From positions 96,001 to 160,000 of the IMG/VR virus record IMGVR_UViG_3300047311_000323: a stretch of 64,000 nt of DNA. The stretch is one strand, 5' to 3'. The first letter of the stretch is position 1. The number at the start of each line of letters is the position of its first letter. This document shows positions 56,042-64,000 of this stretch, one piece after another. This DNA is from a virus. The notes beneath the pieces are model-generated. The model was not told the DNA's origin and did no database searches. It saw only the letters and a list, made by a program, of their open reading frames with translations. The position numbers and the translations under genes were made by a program.

Positions 56042-56830
56042 TCACCGACCAAAGCTTTCTTGTCTAAAGATATCTGCACCATTCTTAAAGATGTTAGATA
56101 GGAAGGATTGATCTTTGGTAAAGATTGGTGGCTCCAAATTGAGATGCCACTTGTTCCTCATTGATTCTCCTGAGACAATAGGAACTTTGTAGGCAGCAGC
56201 CCCTCTCCTGAAAGAAACTGGATAGTCGTTGAAGTTGATATCCACTTCCTGATGGAGCAAATCAACCTTCTCATCCACACTCAACCCAGCCATCATCTCT
56301 TTGATATTGTTCTTATCGTATTTCTTGATAAGTTCATACAAGCAAGCAGACTGAATTGAAGTATGGAAGTTCTGCTGTTGTTTGTAAATAATGGTATTGA
56401 CCGCCTCACCAAGAGTTGGCACAGCGAATACTTGAGAGGTAAAGATTGGGGCGCCAGTTACATTAAGACCAATTTTATCTGCGACTTCATTGAAATGCAT
56501 GGTGGCAGTAGCCGAAGTAACTGAGCAAATCTTTTGCAGTTTGTTGTCATACCAAGGACTGGTATCATTGTTCTGGTCGTTACGAGCCACAATAACAATC
56601 TCGTCATTGTGCTGGTAGGCAAAGAGGGAGCCCTCTACCTCTTGGCAAAGTTTTAGAGTTGTGGAAAGAATGCACTCGGCAAATTTTGGACAATAGGGCT
56701 TGTCAAGCAACTGGGTAATTTTAGAGAAACCTCGCCCGTTGACGCAGATAATGATTGGTACTCGGTCGAGTAACCTGTAGTCGGTGACCGATTGGTATCG
56801 TTCAACGCGGTCTTTCAATTTGTTTGACAT
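56042..56830 (-). CDS. tRNA-His guanylyltransferase (Thg1/TLP) family protein with degenerate first metal-binding Asp
   Basis: RVPIIICVNGRGFSK.T..L.KPY, AYQHNDEI, W..NKLQKI.SV.SA and RRG. Confidence 0.82.
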   Translation of the reverse strand: MSNKLKDRVERYQSVTDYRLLDRVPIIICVNGRGFSKITQLLDKPYCPKFAECILSTTLKLCQEVEGSLFAYQHNDEIVIVARNDQNNDTSPWYDNKLQKICSVTSATATMHFNEVADKIGLNVTGAPIFTSQVFAVPTLGEAVNTIIYKQQQNFHTSIQSACLYELIKKYDKNNIKEMMAGLSVDEKVDLLHQEVDINFNDYPVSFRRGAAAYKVPIVSGESMRNKWHLNLEPPIFTKDQSFLSNIFKNGADIFRQESFGR

Positions 56831-56845
56831 AATAACGAATATAAC

Positions 56846-57472
56846 TTAACGTGGTTGTTGTGGCTGTACTGGATTGTATTGAGCCAATTGTCTTAACGTA
56901 TTGGAAATATTATCCTTTATGTTACCAGGCATTTTTTGTGCCACCGGACCAGTTGGGCTTAATTGGCTTAGATTTAGATAAGGTTGTGATTGAAGGGTAG
57001 CAGCATTCCATGCTGCAATCTGATTTCCAGTTACTTTTTGAGGGAATTGATTGCCGCCATTCAAATAGGATTGGTAAATCAATTTGGACAGATTAAGTAG
57101 GTTTTTAGCGTCTACTGAGGATTCTCCGCTAGGATCTACGTTAAAGTTATTGTTCTTGAGAGTTTGCCAGTTATGCTTGCCCTCACTAGAATAATGTAGG
57201 GCCGTATTGAGTAGCCTTGCCAGACTGTCTATAAAGCCGACGCTAGCCGAATTGTATACATTGCCCATCCATCCCCAGGCCCCAGAGGCAGTAAAGGCTG
57301 GCGGAGGCGGTATAACGGCCTGTGTGGTTGACGTAGGGGTGGTTGGAGTAGTTGGTGATGGTTGAGTAGTCGGGGAGGCAGGAGAAGCCGGAGAAGCTGG
57401 AGACGCAGGTGCGCCTGGAACAGCTTGTGCCAATTTAGCCAGATATCTCAAACGTAACTTCAAGGGTAACAT
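56846..57472 (-). CDS. hypothetical protein with PAS/PTT low-complexity repeat
   Basis: 208-aa ORF; start context ATG-TAG-ATG. Confidence 0.7.
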   Translation of the reverse strand: MLPLKLRLRYLAKLAQAVPGAPASPASPASPASPTTQPSPTTPTTPTSTTQAVIPPPPAFTASGAWGWMGNVYNSASVGFIDSLARLLNTALHYSSEGKHNWQTLKNNNFNVDPSGESSVDAKNLLNLSKLIYQSYLNGGNQFPQKVTGNQIAAWNAATLQSQPYLNLSQLSPTGPVAQKMPGNIKDNISNTLRQLAQYNPVQPQQPR

Positions 57473-57487
57473 CTACATAATACTATT

Positions 57488-57682
57488 TTAGTAGTCATCG
57501 TCCCTTACATACCGCAAGTCTTCCCGTTCACGTTTACGAGCCTCTTCCCGGCGCTCTTCTGCTTTACGGGTAGCCTCATCCATGGCATCCAAGGCTTCCT
57601 GATCGATTTCCATTTCTATGATTTCGTCAGTCTCAAGATCCCACACTGGTATCTTTACCGTTTTCTTCTCGTCTGGTTCCAT
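57488..57682 (-). CDS. small acidic hypothetical protein
   Basis: ATG 57682 (MEPDEKK...) preferred to the track start. Confidence 0.55.
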   Translation of the reverse strand: MEPDEKKTVKIPVWDLETDEIIEMEIDQEALDAMDEATRKAEERREEARKREREDLRYVRDDDY

Positions 57683-58067
57683 TGGCGGCCTTCTTTGCTC
57701 GATAGTCAGCAATCGCAGATTTGATTGCATCTTCCGCCAAGACTGAGCAGTGGATCTTGACAGGAGGTAGGTTTAGCTCTTCTACTATAGCAGAGTTTTT
57801 GAGAGCTTCGGCTTCATCAACAGTTTTGCCTTTGATCCATTCCGTAGCCAAAGATGATGCGGCAATAGCGGAACCACATCCAAACGTTTTGAACTTGGCA
57901 TCTATAATCATATCGGTGTTAGGATCAACTTTGATCTGGAGGCGCATCACGTCACCGCAAGCTGGCGCTCCAACTAGACCAGTTCCAACATTTGGATCAC
58001 TCTTATCTAATGTGCCCACGTTCCTGGGGTTTTCTGCGTGGTCGATTACTTTTTCGCTGTATGACAT
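57633..58067 (-). CDS. iscU: Fe-S cluster scaffold IscU
   Basis: YSEKVIDH.ENPRNVG, GAPACGDVM, KTFGCGSAIA and LPPVKIHCSVLAEDAIK. Confidence 0.96.
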   Translation of the reverse strand: MSYSEKVIDHAENPRNVGTLDKSDPNVGTGLVGAPACGDVMRLQIKVDPNTDMIIDAKFKTFGCGSAIAASSLATEWIKGKTVDEAEALKNSAIVEELNLPPVKIHCSVLAEDAIKSAIADYRAKKAANGTRREENGKDTSVGS

Positions 58068-58132
58068 GCTCGTATCCTTTTCTATATGCCGAAAATATGC
58101 ATCCGAACATCATCAAGTTATATGAGGATATC

Positions 58133-58885
58133 ATGACGACTTCTATTATGTTGGTGACCTATAACAGGCTCGAATTTACAAAACGTATGTTTGATAACTT
58201 CTTCAAAACTACTGATGGACCATATCGATTACTAATTGTAGATAATGGATCTACTGATGGAACAAAAGAGTGGTTAGAGAAGCTACCAGAACAATTATCA
58301 GTTGATTGCAAGATACATTTCAATCCTACAAATAAGGGAATTGCAATGGGGAGAAACCAAGGTCTTTTGATGGCTAAGAAATATGGGCCAGATGACGAGT
58401 TCCTTGCCACTATCGATAATGATGTTGAGTTCCCTGATAAGTGGCTCTCGCAATGTACAGACATTATCTCGGATAAAGATGGTTACAGGCTTACTATTGG
58501 TGTAAGTTTTGAAAATGATAACTATGAACTAGTTACAAGGAAAGATAAGACTTTTCAGCTTAAAAAGGCTGGTAATCTTGGAACTGCTTGTTCTGTTTTC
58601 CACCGAGAGCTACACAAGAAGATTGGTTACTTCACCACGGATTATGGAATCTATGGAGAGGAAGATGCCGATTTCTTCTTTAGAGCCAGGCTAGTTGGCT
58701 GGGAAGTAGGCTATCTAAAAGATAAGGGCCATCATTTTGATGAAACAGTAGTTGCTACTGAGGGGTATCGAGAATTCAAAGATGCCGCCCACAAGAACAA
58801 TTTAGTAAAATTCCAGAACAACTGTTACGCCTATACATACCGAATCAAACCAGTTTTTATTCCGTATCATGGCCCGTCAATGTGA
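58133..58885 (+). CDS. GT2 family glycosyltransferase
   Basis: IMLVTYNR, LIVDNGSTDGT, N.GIA.GRN, IDND and YGEEDADF; GAGGA SD before ATG 58133. Confidence 0.88.
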   Translation: MTTSIMLVTYNRLEFTKRMFDNFFKTTDGPYRLLIVDNGSTDGTKEWLEKLPEQLSVDCKIHFNPTNKGIAMGRNQGLLMAKKYGPDDEFLATIDNDVEFPDKWLSQCTDIISDKDGYRLTIGVSFENDNYELVTRKDKTFQLKKAGNLGTACSVFHRELHKKIGYFTTDYGIYGEEDADFFFRARLVGWEVGYLKDKGHHFDETVVATEGYREFKDAAHKNNLVKFQNNCYAYTYRIKPVFIPYHGPSM

Positions 58886-58917
58886 ATAAAATCTAATTAG
58901 ATCAAGATTGGAAGATA

Positions 58918-60708
58918 ATGTTTGACGGAAAATACTTCGATTGGAATCAGAAGCGTATCAAAGGCATCGTAGACCACTACAGTTACAAATTCTTCTACGG
59001 TAAGAAATTGGCTGACTTAGGCTGTGGTTATGGTGATTTGAGTGGCACTTTGTATCGTCTTGGCGCAGAAATAACTGCGGTAGATGTTCGACAGGACCAC
59101 CTCAAAGTTGTATCTAAGAAATTCCCAGGTGTCAAAGTAGTAAGGACCAACTTAGAGGGACCATGGCCTTTCTTTGGAACTAAGTTTGACATGATACTAG
59201 ATTTAGGTTTAATCTGTCATTTAGCTACTATTGATGAACATATCAAAGCTGTCTGCTCATCGACTACATATTTAGTTTTAGAAACAGCGGTTTGCGATTC
59301 TGATGATCCAAACAAAATCATTCAAGTGCCAGAAGCTAAAGAGATTTATGATTTATCATTCAATGGCACTGGCTCTCGTCCAAGCGCCGCTTATATCGAA
59401 AGGCTATTGACCGATTGTGGTATGACTTTCAGACGCATGGACAGCGGCAAATTGAATTCTGGTGACTACAAGTATGATTGGGTTGCTAAAAATGACAACA
59501 GCACCGACATTCATAAAAGAAGATTTTGGTTTTGTGTCAAAGGTGAAGCTGGATATATGATGCCCTTTGTCGGCGGACAGCCGGCAGTAGTTGTTCAACC
59601 TCCACCAGCGGGACCGAACTTTGCATTTGGTTTTAATCCACCACCTTCCACTTTTGCATCTGTAATACAGACTAGTGGAATACCAACTATTTTGACTTCA
59701 AATCCTAGGGCGCCAATGCATTCTCGCATGGTAGCAGAGGGATTGAGGAATCCAAGCGTGGGCACATCGTACCCGTCAGGCAACTATGTTGAACTTAAGG
59801 ACGACTCGCTCAGTTTTCAAGTCATGCGTAATAGTAAAGAATTCGCGCTCCTGACCCCCGAAAGTTATGCGCCCCCTGTTACTTATCAAAATTCAGGAGT
59901 CATTTTCCCGAATTCTCCAAGTTCAAGATACTGGTTCAAAAAGATTGCACCCTTCTTCCCCAATCTTGTAGTTTCTTCTAAGGCTCATACCATGATAGGC
60001 TTTAACAAGTCTACAGATATGCCAAACATAGTTATGTGTTCCTTAGATAATCTAACTATAAATGACAGAGTTTGGGTTGATGAATGGCTACAGGGTAGTT
60101 TGCAACAATCACATATAGACAAGCTAAGGTCTTGCAAAATTATTCTTACACCATCACTAACCAATATGCAAGAAATACTTCAGCACCTACCTGATGCTAG
60201 TGTGCGCCGAGTGGAAAGGCCCTGGCCGATGTTGGCTGCCGAAGCCTTCAAATTTGATTACTTCCTGTACTTTGAGAAGGATGAGAAGATAACACGCTTA
60301 CTTCTAGAGTCTTGGGAAGAACGATTTGGCCAATTGATTGTAGTGGGCTCTCGCGTTAAACTGCCAACATTTGCTGAGTTCGTTTCTGATACAGTCTCTT
60401 ATAGTAGTGTATCTGGTTTGCTAATGGGCGCCAAAGCTATAGTTGACGTATCATTCAATACATATTACACGTCTGGTATTCTAAAATTAGCTAGCGCCTT
60501 ATCACTACCTATTATTACAAACAACCAAGCCTATTTGAGTGCGCCTAGCTCTACTATAATTTCACAAGACAACTCTACCTATCCATCGCCTAAAGATATA
60601 CATAAAGCAGTGGCCGCATTTATGGATATGCCAAAAACACCGGCTAAATTTGATGCCGAGTATAATCAGGGACTAGTTGTTGCAGTACAGAAATTGGTGG
60701 GTGTTTAA
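58918..60708 (+). CDS. class I SAM methyltransferase fused to an unknown (possibly glycosyltransferase-like) domain
   Basis: LADLGCGYG and AVD in the N-terminal ~200 aa; Pro-rich linker; C-terminal domain unassigned. Confidence 0.7.
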   Translation: MFDGKYFDWNQKRIKGIVDHYSYKFFYGKKLADLGCGYGDLSGTLYRLGAEITAVDVRQDHLKVVSKKFPGVKVVRTNLEGPWPFFGTKFDMILDLGLICHLATIDEHIKAVCSSTTYLVLETAVCDSDDPNKIIQVPEAKEIYDLSFNGTGSRPSAAYIERLLTDCGMTFRRMDSGKLNSGDYKYDWVAKNDNSTDIHKRRFWFCVKGEAGYMMPFVGGQPAVVVQPPPAGPNFAFGFNPPPSTFASVIQTSGIPTILTSNPRAPMHSRMVAEGLRNPSVGTSYPSGNYVELKDDSLSFQVMRNSKEFALLTPESYAPPVTYQNSGVIFPNSPSSRYWFKKIAPFFPNLVVSSKAHTMIGFNKSTDMPNIVMCSLDNLTINDRVWVDEWLQGSLQQSHIDKLRSCKIILTPSLTNMQEILQHLPDASVRRVERPWPMLAAEAFKFDYFLYFEKDEKITRLLLESWEERFGQLIVVGSRVKLPTFAEFVSDTVSYSSVSGLLMGAKAIVDVSFNTYYTSGILKLASALSLPIITNNQAYLSAPSSTIISQDNSTYPSPKDIHKAVAAFMDMPKTPAKFDAEYNQGLVVAVQKLVGV

Positions 60709-61664
60709 TGTTGAAAGTACTTTACTTACCAATTGGCAGTCAAACGGGCATGGTCGAAGGTTTTAGAAATGCAGGAGCTGATCTAGAAGCGTTTGATTTC
60801 TGGGGATTATGGGAGCGCACGAAAAGCAAAGGAGCTGTAGAAAGTGAATTTTTGACAAAAGTTAGAAACTTTCAGCCAAATCTAATTCATATGCAGCTTC
60901 AATTCACTGGACTAATAGATGCGAGTGTAATTGCTGAAGCTAGAAAAATAGCACCCGGCGTAGTTATTACTAACTGGACGGGTGACGTACGAGCTGATGC
61001 TCAGAGATCATTTTGTGATGTGGCTCATCAAGTAGATTTTTCTTTAATATCTAGCACGGGCCAATTAGATATGTACAAACATGCTGGCTGTCATAATGTT
61101 AAATATTGGCAGATTGGATATAATCCTAAATCCAGTTATCCTATGAATCTTGATTCGCACAAATATGATGTTAGCTTTTTAGGTAATAATTACGGCCATA
61201 CGTTTCCGGATGGTGGCCTAAGGGTGGGCGCGACTGATACGCTAAGAAACATATTTGGCACACGATTTGGTTTATTTGGATCTGGTTATCATCCACACGC
61301 GCCTTCCGTAGAGCCTATGCAAGCTAATGAGATATACAATCAGAGTATTTGCGCATTAAGCATTAGTAATTTTAATAGTGTGTCTCATTACTTTTCTGAC
61401 AGATTATTATCCTGTATGGCATCAGGGCGCCCCACTATATCTTGGCATTTTCCCGGATTTGAAAGCTACTTCATTGAAGGTAAAGAAATATTCATTGCGC
61501 GCTCGGCAAAAGACATCGTTGATATCGTTAATTACTGTAAAGCTAATCCAACTATTGCAACGCAAGTTGGAATAAACGGATATCAAAGAGTTCTAAAAGA
61601 ACACACATTCACTTCAAGAGTTATGGAGCTGTTGCACATAACTAATTTAATCCATTTGGTGTAA
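60708..61664 (+). CDS. CgeB-like / GT1-fold glycosyltransferase
   Basis: KYDVSFLG, IYNQS...LSI, YFSDRL...MASG and F.EGKEI. Confidence 0.8.
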   Translation: MLKVLYLPIGSQTGMVEGFRNAGADLEAFDFWGLWERTKSKGAVESEFLTKVRNFQPNLIHMQLQFTGLIDASVIAEARKIAPGVVITNWTGDVRADAQRSFCDVAHQVDFSLISSTGQLDMYKHAGCHNVKYWQIGYNPKSSYPMNLDSHKYDVSFLGNNYGHTFPDGGLRVGATDTLRNIFGTRFGLFGSGYHPHAPSVEPMQANEIYNQSICALSISNFNSVSHYFSDRLLSCMASGRPTISWHFPGFESYFIEGKEIFIARSAKDIVDIVNYCKANPTIATQVGINGYQRVLKEHTFTSRVMELLHITNLIHLV

Positions 61665-61666
61665 TC

Positions 61667-62233
61667 ATGATAAGGCTCCTTTACAATTACTATGAAGATA
61701 AAAACCCTTTACGCAAGAGGGAGATTGACTATTGTTTGCAAAGAAATCTTGCTAATAAACTTATTACAACTGTGATTTTTGAGTCGGCCACCAAACCAAC
61801 TTACGAATTCTTTTTTCAACAAATCAATAAGGTAACTGGACCAGATGACATCAATATCATTTGCAACTCTGATATCTTTTTTGATGACACCATAGCGTTG
61901 ACACAGAACATTAAAAACAAACAGCTTTATGCCTTAAGTCGATGGGATTGGTTAGGTAATGATGCGCTCGTCAGATTTTTTGATAGACCGGATAGTCAGG
62001 ATACTTGGATTGTCAAGGGTAAAGTGGAGGGAGTTTTCGGTAATTTCACACTAGGAATCAGAGGGTGTGATAATAGAATTGCTTACGAATTCAATAAAGC
62101 TGGCTATGGAGTATCTAATCCTAGTAAATCAATCAAAACTTATCACGTTCACAATTCGGGTGTTCGTAACTATACTATGGTAGATGTAGTTCCGGAACCA
62201 TATCTAACCATACCAACTTCGAGTTTAACATGA
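61667..62233 (+). CDS. hypothetical glycosyltransferase-like protein
   Basis: ICNSDIFFD (DXD-like), ALSRWD, DSQDTW and GCDNRIA. Confidence 0.6.
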   Translation: MIRLLYNYYEDKNPLRKREIDYCLQRNLANKLITTVIFESATKPTYEFFFQQINKVTGPDDINIICNSDIFFDDTIALTQNIKNKQLYALSRWDWLGNDALVRFFDRPDSQDTWIVKGKVEGVFGNFTLGIRGCDNRIAYEFNKAGYGVSNPSKSIKTYHVHNSGVRNYTMVDVVPEPYLTIPTSSLT

Positions 62234-62955
62234 CTATAGAAACAAATACCCCCATTTTTACACTAACCTCATTATGCCCTCGTGAAAATCAATTTGCACT
62301 ACAAAAAGAAAGTATCACATCTTGGATTAAAGCTGGGTGTGAAGTTGTCGCGTTTCAATCATCTGAAGATATGAAACATCTTAAATCTAGTGAGTGGGAT
62401 GGCGTACGCTTTGTTGAAACAGAATCTTCAAAACAATTTCCAAATTACGTCCCAATTTCCAATATGATTGAATGGGCAGCCAAACAAGAAGGACATTCTT
62501 TGCTCATTAATGCTGATTGTAGATTAGGCGTTAGTCCACAGATAATGAAATCTTTAGCCGTAAAATCAAAAGATGGACTTGTTTATCTTGTGCGACATGA
62601 TGTTGATGAGAGTGGGCAAATACAAAAATATGATAGTGGTATTGATGGTTTTCTTTTACCAAATGAGTATGCATCGTTAATTCCACATTCAGATATATAT
62701 TGTATGGGGAAACCGTGGTGGGACTATCTTCTACCTATGTCAATATTGCGTAACAACAAAATAATTGCTTCACCATCATTCCAAGTACTATATCATACGA
62801 TACATCAAATACGATGGAGTCATGAAGAGTGGGAAATTTGTAGAGATGAAACATATCGTCTTTTTGATTGGAAATCTGGTCCAGCGGAAATGTTAATCAA
62901 CATCATCAAGAATACACAAACTATAAATTATGATCCATCTTGGGAGACTAAATGA
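62230..62955 (+). CDS. hypothetical glycosyltransferase-like protein
   Basis: LLINADC, GIDGF and MGKPWWDYLLP. Confidence 0.55.
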   Translation: MTIETNTPIFTLTSLCPRENQFALQKESITSWIKAGCEVVAFQSSEDMKHLKSSEWDGVRFVETESSKQFPNYVPISNMIEWAAKQEGHSLLINADCRLGVSPQIMKSLAVKSKDGLVYLVRHDVDESGQIQKYDSGIDGFLLPNEYASLIPHSDIYCMGKPWWDYLLPMSILRNNKIIASPSFQVLYHTIHQIRWSHEEWEICRDETYRLFDWKSGPAEMLINIIKNTQTINYDPSWETK

Positions 62956-63854
62956 GAGTAGTGTTCTTTAATCACTGGCACAATGGAGATATCCATGTTT
63001 CACGTGGATTTATTCGAAAAATAATGGAAAAATTACATTCGGTAGACCCTCAAATTACTTTTACATATAGTCATAAAAATGATCCTAGTCTACTAAAAGA
63101 TATACCCAATTTAGGATTTGACCCCAATGGGATATACCAAATTGGTACACATGATAGTGCGGCAAAAAAAGAAGATACTCTTTATATTAATACATGGTAT
63201 GCTCAGCAAAATTATAGGTACATGAATATTTATGGTATTTCTTTTGATACGTTGTATGCGGCTTTTGATGATACCTGTAAAAATGTTTGGGGATTTTCTT
63301 TGAGTGATATTTCACCAGACCCAAGTGTCTTCTTTCCATCAATTGATTACACGAAATTTGAAATCGAACATGCCAAAATTTGGTTAGATACTCATCCAGG
63401 TAAAAAGATTTTCGTTTGTAATAGTTATGCTCTATCTTCACAGTCTCATAATTTTTCTATCACACCATTAATAATGGGTTTGGCTAAAAAACATACTGAT
63501 AAGATTTTCATCTTATCCAACAAAGAGGGCGAAAATCTTTTGAGCAATGTTTTTTGGTCTAGTGACATAATTAAAAAACCAAGTTGTGATTTGAATGAAA
63601 ACTCATTTTTATCAGAACATTGTGATGCCATTATAGGAAGAGCAACTGGGGCTTTTGCTTTTTCACTTACTTCAAATAATGTAATGAAAAGGAATTGCAA
63701 ATTCTTATGCTTTACAAATATATTGCCACCATCCAATGGAAAATTCTGGCTGTCTAGTATACTGCAAGATAAAATCAACTATACTGCAGATATGATAATT
63801 ACAAACGAATCAAACACTGAAGTAATTAGAGATTTGATTGAGGCACAACTATGA
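62952..63854 (+). CDS. hypothetical glycosyltransferase-like protein
   Basis: FFNHWHNGDIH, INTWYAQ and CD.IIGR.TG. Confidence 0.55.
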   Translation: MRVVFFNHWHNGDIHVSRGFIRKIMEKLHSVDPQITFTYSHKNDPSLLKDIPNLGFDPNGIYQIGTHDSAAKKEDTLYINTWYAQQNYRYMNIYGISFDTLYAAFDDTCKNVWGFSLSDISPDPSVFFPSIDYTKFEIEHAKIWLDTHPGKKIFVCNSYALSSQSHNFSITPLIMGLAKKHTDKIFILSNKEGENLLSNVFWSSDIIKKPSCDLNENSFLSEHCDAIIGRATGAFAFSLTSNNVMKRNCKFLCFTNILPPSNGKFWLSSILQDKINYTADMIITNESNTEVIRDLIEAQL

Positions 63855-64000
63855 TATACAATACGGGACACAAGTTTACTAAAATTATTGAGCCCCCATC
63901 ACAAGAAGATGTTTACAACTGCCCTCATTATTTCGGAATGAGCTATGATCAAGTAAAAGAATCTGGTGCGCCAGAATTTCTCATTAAACTTTTAGACCAG
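63851..64000 (+). CDS. hypothetical protein, truncated by window edge
   Basis: ATG overlapping the upstream TGA; open for 50 codons to the end. Confidence 0.6.
   Translation, partial: MIYNTGHKFTKIIEPPSQEDVYNCPHYFGMSYDQVKESGAPEFLIKLLDQ

Noticed and set aside
57362-57420. Short tandem repeats (PAS/PTT) as a repeat element
   Set aside because: They are degenerate at the DNA level and simply encode a low-complexity linker.
1983-63778. Many antisense or alternative-frame ORFs in the track (for example 1983-2312+, 7887-8438+, 10472-11017+, 23748-24221+, 52775-53074+)
   Set aside because: They lie fully inside recognisable genes on the other strand or frame, lack SDs and motifs, and are shadow ORFs.
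1-64000. Whole-genome TAG-to-Gln recoding (translation table 15)
   Set aside because: Long genes (dnaE, sbcC, topA) have no internal TAG and coding density is already near complete under table 11. Only two N-terminal TAGs were found, which fits conditional read-through rather than full recoding, at least in this window.
1-64000. CRISPR array
   Set aside because: No direct repeats with unique spacers were seen. The regular pattern at 55524-55836 is four tRNA-Thr genes.
1-64000. Bacterial chromosome or eukaryotic giant-virus origin
   Set aside because: Housekeeping genes are scattered singletons among dense unknown ORFs, without rRNA or ribosomal operons. SD motifs, tmRNA, IF-3, bS21, DnaE and sigma-like genes indicate a bacterial-host phage rather than an NCLDV.

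Overview
This window is a 64-kb segment of a large (jumbo/huge-type) bacteriophage genome. It is gene-dense, with about 95 CDS, almost all on the minus strand until a switch to the plus strand at about 58.1 kb. There is no rRNA and no ordinary bacterial operon structure. It carries a phage replication/recombination set: split DnaG primase, RuvC, gp32-like SSB, RecA, DnaE, SbcCD, TopA, dNMP kinase and an FtsK-like ATPase. It also has a large translation and protein-quality-control kit: trigger factor, peptide deformylase fused to SEC-C, bS21, IF-3, DnaJ, a ClpP plus ClpR-like pair, DksA/TraR, tmRNA, a Thg1-like enzyme and a Pth2-like hydrolase. Auxiliary metabolic genes include NadA, IscU, Dps, RmlA and a rhamnose epimerase/reductase. 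There are seven tRNAs, one aberrant tRNA-like RNA, and an AT-rich glycosyltransferase cluster at the right end. The most striking signal is an apparent amber (UAG) read-through switch. Two tRNAs have CUA anticodons (50814-50887 and 52232-52305). Two adjacent, overlapping genes (an HD-domain phosphohydrolase and a Pth2-like peptidyl-tRNA hydrolase) each have an in-frame CTA-TAG within their first five codons. Only 3 of about 95 genes end in TAG, and each of those three has a backup TAA exactly two codons later. Product names come from motif recognition by eye; no database searches were run.
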